Positions 38,812 to 48,437 of a stretch of DNA of 64,000 bases are shown here, one piece after another (position 1 is the first letter of the stretch; each line of letters starts with the position of its first letter). Both the position numbers and the translations under genes were made by a program. The stretch is from an uncultured Rickettsia sp. (GTDB lineage: Bacteria; Pseudomonadota; Alphaproteobacteria; Rickettsiales; JABSSG01): the NCBI GenBank assembly GCA_964515755.1, contig CAZEVK010000001.1:962-64961 (forward strand), given 5' to 3'. The notes beneath the pieces are model-generated. The model was given only the letters and a program-made list of their open reading frames with translations, made no database searches and was not told the DNA's origin.

Positions 38812-40107
38812 ATGAGTAAGAAAAATCAAATCAGAAAAGCAATAGGTTTAATAGTAATATGCTTAAGCATAATAATACTGGTAATATATGAAGTACCAAA
38901 AAATACTAAACACTACGAAGCAACAGTTGTAGGTATAGTTTCATATGCTGACGGTTCTGGCAGACAAGCAATAGATGCAGCTAAATTGCTAGATAAGTAT
39001 TTAAATATAAACGGTATTGGTATTGGTCAACATGACAATGATTATCTAGATGAAAATGTAAAAAAGATTTTTGATAGAGGAAATCAGTTAGGAAAAGTAG
39101 TATTATATGAGCATGTAATTGCAGTACCTACAAAAAGTAATATAAACATCATAAAACATTTAGTGGATAATCAAACTTTTAAGGTATTTGATCGAAAAGA
39201 ACAAATATTTATAGCATATTCAATGTTTGAATCTGATTCCCTTCCTAGAATATGGGTCAAAAGATTGAATCAAGAATTTGATATGGTTGTGGTTCCAGAT
39301 CCGTATTTTATTGAAGTATACAAAAATTCTGGAGTAACTATACCCATATTTTTTGTGCCACTAGGAATAGATCTTGATTTACAGTTATCAGCACCACTGA
39401 AAACCAAGCGTAACAAAAGCTTCTTATTTACAAATCTTTCCATGTCAAAAGATAATAAAAACCAAATTAAGTTAATTCAAGCTTTTGCTAAAGTACAAAA
39501 AATACATGAAAATGCTTTTTTACAAATTAATTCGAGAGACTCTTTTGGTAAAACTAAAGAAACAATTATAGAGTATATCAATAACAATAATATAAAGAAT
39601 GTTAATTATGCAGTAAAAAAATTGAGTCCAGATTTATATATTGAGGCATTACAAAAAACAGATTGCTTTGTTTACCCTTCAAAAGGTGAAGGATTCTCTG
39701 TCCAACCACGAGAAGGAATGGCTCTAGGCATACCAACTATTGTTACTAATAATACTGCACAAAAAACCATATGTAATAGTGGTTTGGTAGAATGCGTTGA
39801 GTCGAATATCAAAAAAGCTGCTTTTTATGAATTATGGGGAGAAATAATAATAGGTAATAATTTTGATTGTACAGTAGAAGATTTAGCTAATGCTATGCTC
39901 AAAGTCTACCAAAATTATGATCATTATTTGGAAAAATCAGAAGCCGCTCGAGCATGGGCAACTAGCTATACCTACGAAAATCTTAAAGAAAAATATCTTA
40001 ATATGATTAAACCCAAAAAGATATTATTGAGAGATAAAAATGAAATTACCAACGACTATCTTATGACAAACTCAAAAGAGCTGTACGAAAAATACAAAGC
40101 TTTGTAA
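38812..40107 (+). CDS. Membrane-anchored GT-B (GT1/GT4-like) glycosyltransferase
   Basis: N-terminal TM helix. CFVYPSKGEGFSVQPREGMALGIPTIV matches the E-x7-E region of GT4-type enzymes. Confidence 0.65.
   Translation: MSKKNQIRKAIGLIVICLSIIILVIYEVPKNTKHYEATVVGIVSYADGSGRQAIDAAKLLDKYLNINGIGIGQHDNDYLDENVKKIFDRGNQLGKVVLYEHVIAVPTKSNINIIKHLVDNQTFKVFDRKEQIFIAYSMFESDSLPRIWVKRLNQEFDMVVVPDPYFIEVYKNSGVTIPIFFVPLGIDLDLQLSAPLKTKRNKSFLFTNLSMSKDNKNQIKLIQAFAKVQKIHENAFLQINSRDSFGKTKETIIEYINNNNIKNVNYAVKKLSPDLYIEALQKTDCFVYPSKGEGFSVQPREGMALGIPTIVTNNTAQKTICNSGLVECVESNIKKAAFYELWGEIIIGNNFDCTVEDLANAMLKVYQNYDHYLEKSEAARAWATSYTYENLKEKYLNMIKPKKILLRDKNEITNDYLMTNSKELYEKYKAL
40015..40077 (+). repeat. Direct repeat copy 1 (within the 3' end of the glycosyltransferase gene)
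   Basis: 63 nt. 61/63 identical to 41536-41598; the last 50 nt are identical (TGAGAGATAAAAATGAAATTACCAACGACTATCTTATGACAAACTCAAAA). Confidence 0.9.
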
Positions 40108-40360
40108 AACTCTGGTAAATAGATTTTACGTTATAGTAAATCAGGTTGAAGCACTCAAAGTAACCTTTTTATTCTTTATTATATTTCTTTAATAATATCT
40201 GCTTTTAAAGAGTAATTCCAAATCTTTGTAAACGATATATTTACTTTTACCTCAACCTACACTATTCTTAGGAATTAACAATTTGTTTATAATATTCTTA
40301 TAGTTGATTTAAAAAATACTATAGAAATATCGCGTTATAATTTTAGAATAAAATCAAGAT

Positions 40361-41470
40361 ATGCAAATAACAATTTTTGGCGGAACTGGTAGTATTGGAG
40401 CATACTTTGCTTATAGATTAGTCAAAGCTCTACATAATGTAACTATAATAGGTCGTGATAATAGCCCTAATCTAAAGCAAATAGCAGAAATAGGTTTGAC
40501 AATAAAATTTCATAATGAAACTGTCTTTGTTCCGAATTCAGATTTTGCTTATGTTGGTGCATATAATTATTCTACTTTAACTGTTAAACAAGATTTAGTA
40601 ATTATTAGTCTAAAGCAACCAACCTTTGATATTACTATTGCCCAACAATTAATCAATTTAACTGATAGTCATTCTATAGTTGGAATAATTAGTAATGGTT
40701 TGCCCTTTTACTTTCTCGCTAACTTTAATTTGGGCTCTAAAACTCATATGGAAGCTGTTGATCCTGACGGCAAAATTAATCAATTAATGCAATCTAGGCA
40801 AATAATGACAGTTATTCCTCTAATGGGTTCTAATATAGAATCCGCAGGAATTGTAAAAGTTGCTAACCATCAAGATAAAATAAAGACTTTTGTAGGTGGC
40901 AAATTTATTGATCAAGCTGGATTAAACTTAATTAGTCAGGCTTTTAATAATTCTTTAATCCCCAATACTATAAGTGCTGATATTAATAAAATACTTTTAG
41001 AAAAGCTGCAATTTGCTTTAGCAGTTAATGTAATGTCTGCTTTACTTGATCAAGTTAATGGTCAAGTTTTTCAGAGTGAATCAAACCAGAATTATATTCG
41101 TTATGTAATTACTTTTGTAAATAGTTTAGCTAAAACTTTGGGTGTAGAAAATTTACGTGACTATAGTGTATTTAGAGCGCTTAATATCTCTGAAGCACGC
41201 TACTCCTCAATGCATGAAGATATTACAAATGGCAAAATTCCTGAAGTAAAAGTAATCATTTCAGCTCCACTTGAACTTGCTTATCATTTTAATGTTCCTG
41301 TTCCAACAAAGCCTCTTGAATTGGTAAATGAATTATTGCTAGCTAAAAGTAACCATATTCCAGTTTCTTTAGAGCAAATTCATGAAATATATAATGAAGC
41401 AGAATTAGCATTAGAAATTTTAGGCAGTAATAATGGTATATGTTCCAATGAATTTAATTTTGTTTTTTAG
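40361..41470 (+). CDS. Ketopantoate reductase (ApbA/PanE) family oxidoreductase
   Basis: N-terminal Rossmann motif ITIFGGTGSIGAYFAYRL and the C-terminal SSMHEDITNGKIPEV (compare the S-M-x-x-D-x-x-x-G-x-x-x-E motif of KPR). Confidence 0.65.
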   Translation: MQITIFGGTGSIGAYFAYRLVKALHNVTIIGRDNSPNLKQIAEIGLTIKFHNETVFVPNSDFAYVGAYNYSTLTVKQDLVIISLKQPTFDITIAQQLINLTDSHSIVGIISNGLPFYFLANFNLGSKTHMEAVDPDGKINQLMQSRQIMTVIPLMGSNIESAGIVKVANHQDKIKTFVGGKFIDQAGLNLISQAFNNSLIPNTISADINKILLEKLQFALAVNVMSALLDQVNGQVFQSESNQNYIRYVITFVNSLAKTLGVENLRDYSVFRALNISEARYSSMHEDITNGKIPEVKVIISAPLELAYHFNVPVPTKPLELVNELLLAKSNHIPVSLEQIHEIYNEAELALEILGSNNGICSNEFNFVF

Positions 41471-41532
41471 AATTTATCCAATCAGGCAACATTCTCTTTT
41501 AATAAAATTTTATTAACCTCGAGTGACTAACA

Positions 41533-41637
41533 ATGAAAAAGGTATTACTGAGAGATAAAAATGAAATTACCAACGACTATCTTATGACAAACTCAAAATC
41601 AGCTCAATTATTCTTACAAACTGTTAAAAAATTATGA
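41533..41637 (+). pseudogene. Remnant copy of the glycosyltransferase C-terminus (34 codons) containing direct repeat copy 2
   Basis: MKKVLLRDKNEITNDYLMTNSKSAQLFLQTVKKL* versus the glycosyltransferase end KKILLRDKNEITNDYLMTNSKELYEKYKAL*. Confidence 0.7.
41536..41598 (+). repeat. Direct repeat copy 2
   Basis: See copy 1. The copies are 1521 bp apart and bracket the KPR-family gene. Confidence 0.9.
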
Positions 41638-41676
41638 GAGCAAGCAATAAAAGAAAAATTTATATATATATAAATG

Positions 41677-42603
41677 CTAACTTTTATTATTCTTTGATAA
41701 GCAGCTAAAATGATAATCTACAAACCTATAAAGCACTATATATTGTTCGGCATTAGCTACCATATTAGGACGCTGTAAAGATAGTTTTAGAACAATTTCT
41801 TCAATGCTAATAGTGCTAGCTTGCATTTTATCAATCATTTCTATCAATATGAAAGCTGCCATAAATGTACCAGTTCTACCAATTCCTGAAGCACAATGGC
41901 AAGCTACTGGACCTTGTAAACCTTTATATACTTTGCGTACTAGTTGTACTAAATTGTATAATTCTTCAATAGATATAGCCTTATCATCTACCCATTTATC
42001 GGTAAAATAATAAGGAATAGCAACAGGGATAGCTGGCTTTAAAACCTCATAATCACTAACTAGTATTTTATCATCTACTAATCTATCTTCCCAATATTTT
42101 ATCGAACTATGATTTATAAATTCTTCTTTTGGCTTTAAACGCACTAATATGCTAACGCGGTGATTAAGTAAAAATTTAAAAAATGCGTTCAGTGTATTTT
42201 TATCTGGTTCCTGTAGCGCTATAAAATGTAATCCGTTAATTAAAATAGTGCTGGCATTATAACTACTGTCAGTACGATTATAGGCAAAAGCAATGTTATC
42301 AGCTCGTCGGTAATAGCCTTTAGCTAGCAAATCTTGTGCTACCATATAATCTTTATTGGAAATATGAGGTGAAGATGTTGGATTCTTGTACCACAAACTT
42401 TGGCGTAAGCTATGTAATTTACAAAACTCTTCCTTAATTTCACTATCAGACTTATTTTTACTATAATTTACAAAAGACTGTTTCAATTTCTTAAGCACTA
42501 GCCAGCGTTTGACAATATTTTGCTTTACTTGAAATAGATGCTCTTCTTCTATTTCAGTAGGTAAGGTAGGAAAGACTATTTTTGAATCAAACATAGTATT
42601 CAT
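41677..42603 (-). CDS. Classical-type protein tyrosine phosphatase-like (CX5R) protein; candidate effector
   Basis: P-loop VACHCASGIGRTGTF, WPD-like KWVDD, Q-loop-like RPNMVANAEQYIVLYRF and an upstream YNRTD (compare NRY.D). No signal peptide. Confidence 0.75.
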   Translation of the reverse strand: MNTMFDSKIVFPTLPTEIEEEHLFQVKQNIVKRWLVLKKLKQSFVNYSKNKSDSEIKEEFCKLHSLRQSLWYKNPTSSPHISNKDYMVAQDLLAKGYYRRADNIAFAYNRTDSSYNASTILINGLHFIALQEPDKNTLNAFFKFLLNHRVSILVRLKPKEEFINHSSIKYWEDRLVDDKILVSDYEVLKPAIPVAIPYYFTDKWVDDKAISIEELYNLVQLVRKVYKGLQGPVACHCASGIGRTGTFMAAFILIEMIDKMQASTISIEEIVLKLSLQRPNMVANAEQYIVLYRFVDYHFSCLSKNNKS

Positions 42604-42654
42604 AATTGTTACTCTTTCTATTAATCAAATAAAAATTTTTAAATTTTGTACAAA

Positions 42655-43713
42655 TCATTTAAGTTTATAAGCTTTCCAATCTGCTGCAAATCTATATTTT
42701 ACTGGTTTAATAAAGCTTTTTTTCTTAGTAACGATGCCTAAATTTAAATTATTACCGTTTGAATTTAAGACATTAGGATAAAAATTTGCTGATCCTAAAT
42801 ACATTGATTTACCATCTGAGATCAATATTTTAGCATGTATATCTAATATGTTATCTTCACCACCTGTAAGCATTATCTGAGCACCGTGTTTGATTAAAAG
42901 TTCAAGATTATTTATATTCTTATTTCCTTTATCCTTACCAAAAGGATACTTTGACATGATAATTTTCACTTTTACATTATGCTCTAATCTTTGCAGTAAA
43001 ATATTCACTACATCAATATCTTGTATATCTTGCTGATAAATAAGAATCTCCTTTTTTGCCATTTCTATCAACTCTATTATATGGTCTTTATGCTGAAATG
43101 GCCCCCAAGATAGTTTTGTTTCTTCTGGCTGTAAATCCTTAACCTTATAAATATAATTTGGAATAATTTTTTTGCCTTTTATTAAGTCATTAAGCGCATC
43201 ACGCAACTCAACAATAAGTTTTTTATCTCTTATAAAAAGAGTAAAATCTCGTTTGATACGATTATTTCTTACACTTTCTGCATAATTGGTAGTGCTTATT
43301 ACTGCTAAATTATCGCTTATTATTGTTTTAAAATGTATATTACTATAAGTAGGTATGTCGATAATTAGCTTACAGCTTGTGGGTTTAAAAGAGTCCAACG
43401 GTTCGTTTTTATCTTTCAGTATAGAAGCTTTCTTCTCTTCTTGAGTTAGACGGTCTTCTAATATTATAAAGCAATTTTTATTGTGAAATGATAACTCTCT
43501 TAATGCCATTTGAAGATCAGTAGATAAATACCTATATTTATCCAATTTATAACTACCCAAAATTACAGGTCCTTTAGCATCTCTAATTGCTTGTAGAAAT
43601 AACTGACGCCCTCCTAAGTTTGCTTCGTATACTCCCTCCTCAATTTTTGCTTCGGTAACTGATATATTAGCCATAATAATTATAATTAATAGAAGTATAG
43701 TTTCTATTGTCAT
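42655..43713 (-). CDS. Phospholipase D superfamily protein with two HKD motifs and an N-terminal signal/anchor
   Basis: HFKTIISDNLAVISTTNY and HAKILISDGKSMYLGSANF. Signal-like MTIETILLLIIIIMANISVTEA from the ATG at 43713; the track start at 43782 is a TTG. Confidence 0.8.
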   Translation of the reverse strand: MTIETILLLIIIIMANISVTEAKIEEGVYEANLGGRQLFLQAIRDAKGPVILGSYKLDKYRYLSTDLQMALRELSFHNKNCFIILEDRLTQEEKKASILKDKNEPLDSFKPTSCKLIIDIPTYSNIHFKTIISDNLAVISTTNYAESVRNNRIKRDFTLFIRDKKLIVELRDALNDLIKGKKIIPNYIYKVKDLQPEETKLSWGPFQHKDHIIELIEMAKKEILIYQQDIQDIDVVNILLQRLEHNVKVKIIMSKYPFGKDKGNKNINNLELLIKHGAQIMLTGGEDNILDIHAKILISDGKSMYLGSANFYPNVLNSNGNNLNLGIVTKKKSFIKPVKYRFAADWKAYKLK

Positions 43714-43808
43714 AAAATTATTGTGCTCTTTTTTCGTGAAGAATGCTATGATATTTTCTAAACCTCTTCTATTTATCAGCAAATCTTATTTTTATAAAGT
43801 TAAAGAAC

Positions 43809-44741
43809 TTAATCTCCTAAAGCTTCCATTAATTCACTCCACTCACGCTTGCTCATGCCACTTTCTTCTTGAGTAACTTTTTGGCCTTTAATCATCTGCT
43901 TAATTACGTTCATTGCATTGTTTGATATATTAGTACCATTAACATTATATTCCATAAATGCTTCATATGTTAGTGGTACCCATTTTTTTACAACATCTAA
44001 CATTGCCTGTGCATATACTCTGATTTCATACTGAGCATGAGGATCAGCACGTAAATGCAAGAAATGCAATAAATTATGCAAATCAATTTTCCAATACCAT
44101 TCTGTGTAAAAATTAACCGGTAGATTCATTCGCGCTAATTCTCTAGCTAATTTGGCTCTTGATTCGTCTATTATATTACCTTCCATATCTTCATTTAGCA
44201 TTTCTTCATAATGCCCATAACATTGTAAAGCATCGCTTTTTAGTATCTCTAACACTCTTGTTGCCTCGGCATCATTTAGTACTGCATCCCTACCTTGACG
44301 ATTTGTACTAGATTGCACCGCTAATTGATCACGCTCCGGCAAATAGAAATCTTTACCTAAAATCGAATATCGCTGTGAGTATTCGTTAACATTAGCAGTT
44401 CTGTGCCTAATCCATTGACGAGCAATAAACATCGGTAATTTAATATGAAATTTAATCTCGCACATCTCAAACGGAGTTGTATGTTTATGCCGAATTAAAT
44501 ATTGAATCAAACCACGATCCAAGTTGATCTTTTTAGTTCCTGCACCATATGAGACCCTAGCAGCTTGAACAATTGCAGAATCATCACCCATATAGTCAAC
44601 AACCCTAATAAAACCATGATCAAGAACTTTAATTGGCTTATATAAGAGATCTTCCATAGCCTCAACAGTTGCACGCACTGTTTGTGCTTTCTGTTGCCTA
44701 TTTTCATTAATTTCTGATAATTGCTGATCGTCTATTGCCAT
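43809..44741 (-). CDS. thyX: FAD-dependent thymidylate synthase
   Basis: ThyX motif [21 protein letters not shown] at 44741 with a GGAG RBS. Confidence 0.9.
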   Translation of the reverse strand: MAIDDQQLSEINENRQQKAQTVRATVEAMEDLLYKPIKVLDHGFIRVVDYMGDDSAIVQAARVSYGAGTKKINLDRGLIQYLIRHKHTTPFEMCEIKFHIKLPMFIARQWIRHRTANVNEYSQRYSILGKDFYLPERDQLAVQSSTNRQGRDAVLNDAEATRVLEILKSDALQCYGHYEEMLNEDMEGNIIDESRAKLARELARMNLPVNFYTEWYWKIDLHNLLHFLHLRADPHAQYEIRVYAQAMLDVVKKWVPLTYEAFMEYNVNGTNISNNAMNVIKQMIKGQKVTQEESGMSKREWSELMEALGD

Positions 44742-44851
44742 ATGCAAAGCTCCTAAAGAAAAATTTATTTAAAATTAGTATAGTTACTTATTCCTTAACT
44801 GTGAAGATTTTTTCTTTGTACAGTGATGGTATTTTAGTGTATAATAAAGAT

Positions 44852-45136
44852 GTTCTTTAGAGAACTATAGCAATAAACGTTGTGTAGAATAGGCGAAGTG
44901 GACTCGGGGGCAGTACCCGACGCCTCCACCATAATTAAAAAAGTAATGGGGGCGAAACAGCATCGACACGCGTAATAAAGATACAATTTTTGCTCAGTAC
45001 GATACGGCTGGCTTTTTTAGCAAACGGTCAAAACAATAAAAGCAAACAGAAATGTTTTCTCGAATAATTATGTAGCACAAGCTGCATAGTCTTTCGCGGT
45101 TCGACGGGCACCGGGCAACAGAAGCCCGTCATTTTA
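44852..45136 (+). ncRNA. ssrA: Two-piece (circularly permuted) tmRNA: acceptor piece ending ...CGCCTCCACCA at 44931; coding piece from GGGGGCG at 44948; tag ORF 45042-45089; 5' boundary approximate
   Basis: The 3' acceptor strand CGCCUCC-A-CCA pairs with 5' GGGGGCG, giving the G3:U70 pair. T-arm TCGGG-GGCAGTA-CCCGA. Tag reading frame GCA AAC AGA ... GCT GCA TAG gives ANRNVFSNNYVAQAA. Terminator hairpin at 45103-45130 plus a T-tract. Possible -10 TATAAT at 44840-44845. Confidence 0.85.
45103..45136 (+). terminator. Rho-independent terminator of ssrA
   Basis: GACGGGC (45103-45109) / GCCCGTC (45124-45130), then ATTTT. Confidence 0.7.
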
Positions 45137-45151
45137 GGTGAAAGTATAAAA

Positions 45152-45613
45152 ATGACTACAGAAAATATTAATTATAACGAACTAATAGACGAGGCAATGC
45201 ATGGAGTCGTAAAACAATCCCTGTATCACGTACATAATAATAAATTACCTGGAAATCATCATTTCTACATTACATTCTTCACAAAACATCAAGGAGTATC
45301 TATTTCTTCAAAATTAAAATTAAAATATCCTGAAGAAATGACAATAGTTTTACAACATGAATTTAGAAATTTAGTAGTCACAGAAGATAGCTTCTCTGTT
45401 ACTCTGATATTTGGTGGAACCGAAGAAAGAATTACAATACCATATCGTGCAATTACTGCATTTGCAGATCCTAGTGTAAAATTTGGATTGCAATTCCGCC
45501 ACGAAGTAGAAAAAATACCAGTTAAAGAAGCTGAAATACTTGATAAGGAAAAAAAGGATAAAAATACTAATAACGTTATTAAGTTAGACAAATTTCGTAA
45601 AAATAAAAATTAA
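45152..45613 (+). CDS. sspB: ClpXP adaptor SspB (alphaproteobacterial type)
   Basis: LPGNHHFYITFFTKHQGVSIS...YPEEMTIVLQHEFRNLVV...FSVTLIFGG..ERITIPYRAITAFADPSVKFGLQF matches the SspB-alpha core, followed by a Lys-rich tail. Confidence 0.8.
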   Translation: MTTENINYNELIDEAMHGVVKQSLYHVHNNKLPGNHHFYITFFTKHQGVSISSKLKLKYPEEMTIVLQHEFRNLVVTEDSFSVTLIFGGTEERITIPYRAITAFADPSVKFGLQFRHEVEKIPVKEAEILDKEKKDKNTNNVIKLDKFRKNKN

Positions 45614-45627
45614 ATTAAAGAGTTAAA

Positions 45628-46506
45628 ATGGCAATGCACACTAAAAAAACTAGACAAACAGATAAATATTTACCGGACACTAGTTTCATGAGGCTTTCAT
45701 CATACTGTACAGCTTTTGCTTATGATATGGATAAGTTAGAAAATGCTTTACAAAAAGATGGTTTCAACCCAAGCGTATATGAAGGAGTGATTCATATACA
45801 AAAAAAAATCAAAGAAGATAATAATGGCGGTGATATATTTTATTTTCCATATGGATGTATCATCATGTGGGGATTTACCGCAGAGGATGCTTTTAAAGAA
45901 TTAAAGTATTTGAGCAGATACCAGATTAAACCATATAGTCGTGATTATCATGACATCATGAATTATGACTATAGTGAAAAAGAAGATATGGAAATTGTTG
46001 AAGAAGATGATTTAATTATTCTTGCTAAATCCGATGCTACTTTAGAAAAAATTTCTTTCTCTTATGCATTATCTCAATCTGCAAAATTACAAGTAGTTGA
46101 AGAATCAAGCATTGAAACAATAAAACGTAGCCAATACTTAATTGACGAATTAATTTTAGTCGGAAAAATATCTATATCTCAACGAAAGCTTACTAAAAAA
46201 ATGGGAATGCTCTTTGCTGAAAGAAATGCAATTAATATGCATGCTGATATTTTAGATACTCCAGAATTTTTCTGGCGTCGACCTAAATATTTGCCAATTT
46301 ATAAAATAGCTGAAGAATTATTCGATATAAGTCATCGAATTGAAATTGTAACTCGTCGTTCGAATATCGTACATGAGCTATTTGACCTTCTCTCTGCTCA
46401 GCTACAGCATATTCATTCAAATAGATTAGAATGGATTATTATTGCGTTGATTAGCGTAGAGATTGTTCTAGCAATTGGATCTATAGCTTTAGGACTAAGC
46501 CACTAA
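45628..46506 (+). CDS. RMD1/DUF155 (YagE) family protein
   Basis: DIFYFPYGCIIMWGF, SYALSQSAKL, ILDTPEFFWRRP, LEWIIIALI and a C-terminal TM helix. Confidence 0.75.
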   Translation: MAMHTKKTRQTDKYLPDTSFMRLSSYCTAFAYDMDKLENALQKDGFNPSVYEGVIHIQKKIKEDNNGGDIFYFPYGCIIMWGFTAEDAFKELKYLSRYQIKPYSRDYHDIMNYDYSEKEDMEIVEEDDLIILAKSDATLEKISFSYALSQSAKLQVVEESSIETIKRSQYLIDELILVGKISISQRKLTKKMGMLFAERNAINMHADILDTPEFFWRRPKYLPIYKIAEELFDISHRIEIVTRRSNIVHELFDLLSAQLQHIHSNRLEWIIIALISVEIVLAIGSIALGLSH

Positions 46507-46544
46507 TCATAAAAAGTTAGTATTTAAAGTAATAGATTTCCAAA

Positions 46545-47825
46545 CTAATGGATTCGTTTAATATCAGCGCCGCATTGGCTGAGTTTGTTTTCTATACGCT
46601 CATAACCACGATCAATATGATACACCCTGTTTATCAGCGTTCTACCCTCTGCAACTAAGCCAGCTAAAACTAAAGAAACAGAGGCTCGTAAATCTGTAGC
46701 CATTACTTCTGCACCTCTTAATTCATTTACTCCAACCACAGTTGCACTATTACCAATTAGCGAAATTTTTGCACCCATACGATTTAATTCCGGAACATGC
46801 ATAAAACGATTTTCAAAAATATTTTCAGTAATTATTGAAGTACCATCAGCTACAGTTAATAAACTCATAAACTGTGCTTGCATATCTGTAGGAAAACCTG
46901 GAAAAACACCAGTATTAATATCATGGGCACGCCTAATCCCTTCGCTTTTAATAGTAACTTGATTACCGCTTGCCGATACCTTAGCTCCGACTGTAGATAA
47001 CCTATCAAAAATGTTGGAGCAAACTTCATAATCAACATTTTTTAAAACTATTTCTCCTCCAGTAATTACAGCTGCAACAGCATAGGTTCCAGCCTCAATA
47101 CGATCGCAAACTACAGTATGATAAGCACCAGAAAGTTTATCAACACCATCTATAATCAAAGTGCTAGTTCCAATACCTGAAATTTTTGCACCCATTGCAT
47201 TTAATAATTTTACTAAATCAGAAATTTCCGGCTCACGAGCAACATTATGTAGAATAGTCCTTCCTTCTGCCAAAGTTGCAGCCATTAGTATGTTCTCAGT
47301 AGCTCCTACAGATACAAAATTAAAATGTATCTCAGTGCCTTTTAGCCTGCCTTGAGATTTAACCTCAACGTAACCACAATCTAATTCAACCTCAGCTCCC
47401 ATTTGCCTTAACGCATTAAGATGCAAATCTATTGGTCTTGCTCCAATAGCACAACCACCTGGTAAGGAAACACGAGCATACCCAAATCTTGCCACTAATG
47501 GACCAAGAACTAAAATTGAAGCACGCATTTTACGTACAATATCATATGGAGCTTCTAAGTTTTTAATACGCTCACCATTTAATAATATCACTCTACCTGT
47601 TGGAGATTGACTTAAACTCATCCCATCGACACTAAAACTCACACCGTGATTAATAAGCAAATGAGCCATGGTCATAATATCAGCCAAATGAGGTATATTA
47701 GATAATACAACTGTTTCACTAGTTAAGATTGAAGCAGCCATTAAAGGAAGAGCTGCATTTTTTGCACCGCTTATAGTAATTGAACCATGTAAAGGCCTGC
47801 CGCCAGTGATAATTATACGATCCAT
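46545..47825 (-). CDS. murA: UDP-N-acetylglucosamine 1-carboxyvinyltransferase
   Basis: ISGAKNAALP, active-site loop LPGGCAIGARPIDLH, 426 aa. Confidence 0.92.
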   Translation of the reverse strand: MDRIIITGGRPLHGSITISGAKNAALPLMAASILTSETVVLSNIPHLADIMTMAHLLINHGVSFSVDGMSLSQSPTGRVILLNGERIKNLEAPYDIVRKMRASILVLGPLVARFGYARVSLPGGCAIGARPIDLHLNALRQMGAEVELDCGYVEVKSQGRLKGTEIHFNFVSVGATENILMAATLAEGRTILHNVAREPEISDLVKLLNAMGAKISGIGTSTLIIDGVDKLSGAYHTVVCDRIEAGTYAVAAVITGGEIVLKNVDYEVCSNIFDRLSTVGAKVSASGNQVTIKSEGIRRAHDINTGVFPGFPTDMQAQFMSLLTVADGTSIITENIFENRFMHVPELNRMGAKISLIGNSATVVGVNELRGAEVMATDLRASVSLVLAGLVAEGRTLINRVYHIDRGYERIENKLSQCGADIKRIH

Positions 47826-47831
47826 ATAAAA

Positions 47832-48389
47832 TTACGATTCCTGATTAGTTAAATGTACGATGCTGGCTTTTAGGTATGCATAACCAGTTATCAGAGTTAA
47901 TCCAGCAGCCACCCATAAGGTTATCTTACCAATAAAATTAACATATGGTACGCCCATACCCTCATCGCCTAAGACCAAAATAAATATAGCAGTCATCTGT
48001 AAAAATGTTTTAACTTTAGCCAATTCACTAACTGGAACACTAACCCTAATTTCAGCCAGGAACTCTCGTAATCCGGACACCAATATTTCTCGACAAATAA
48101 TAGCAATTGCCGGCAGTAAATCTGCTTGATCAAAATGAACTAATACTAAAATTACTGACCCAACTAATAATTTATCGGCAATCGGGTCTAAAAATTGGCC
48201 AAGTTTTGTTTGCATTGACCATGCTCTTGCAAGAAAACCGTCTAGAAAGTCTGTAATACAGGCATAAAGAAATAGTCCAGCAGCAAGAAGGTGGCCAAAC
48301 TGACTATGATCAATACACATCGTAAGTAATAGGAATGGTATTACTATGATACGAGATATCGTTAATATATTTGGTAAGCTTTTTAACAT
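47832..48389 (-). CDS. pgsA: CDP-diacylglycerol--glycerol-3-phosphate 3-phosphatidyltransferase
   Basis: CDP-alcohol phosphatidyltransferase motif DFLDGFLARAW...GQFLDPIADKL. Confidence 0.88.
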   Translation of the reverse strand: MLKSLPNILTISRIIVIPFLLLTMCIDHSQFGHLLAAGLFLYACITDFLDGFLARAWSMQTKLGQFLDPIADKLLVGSVILVLVHFDQADLLPAIAIICREILVSGLREFLAEIRVSVPVSELAKVKTFLQMTAIFILVLGDEGMGVPYVNFIGKITLWVAAGLTLITGYAYLKASIVHLTNQES

Positions 48390-48437
48390 ATCTAGGTTAT
48401 ATCAAGTTTTTTGCATTTGTGAATTAAATGCTATTAT

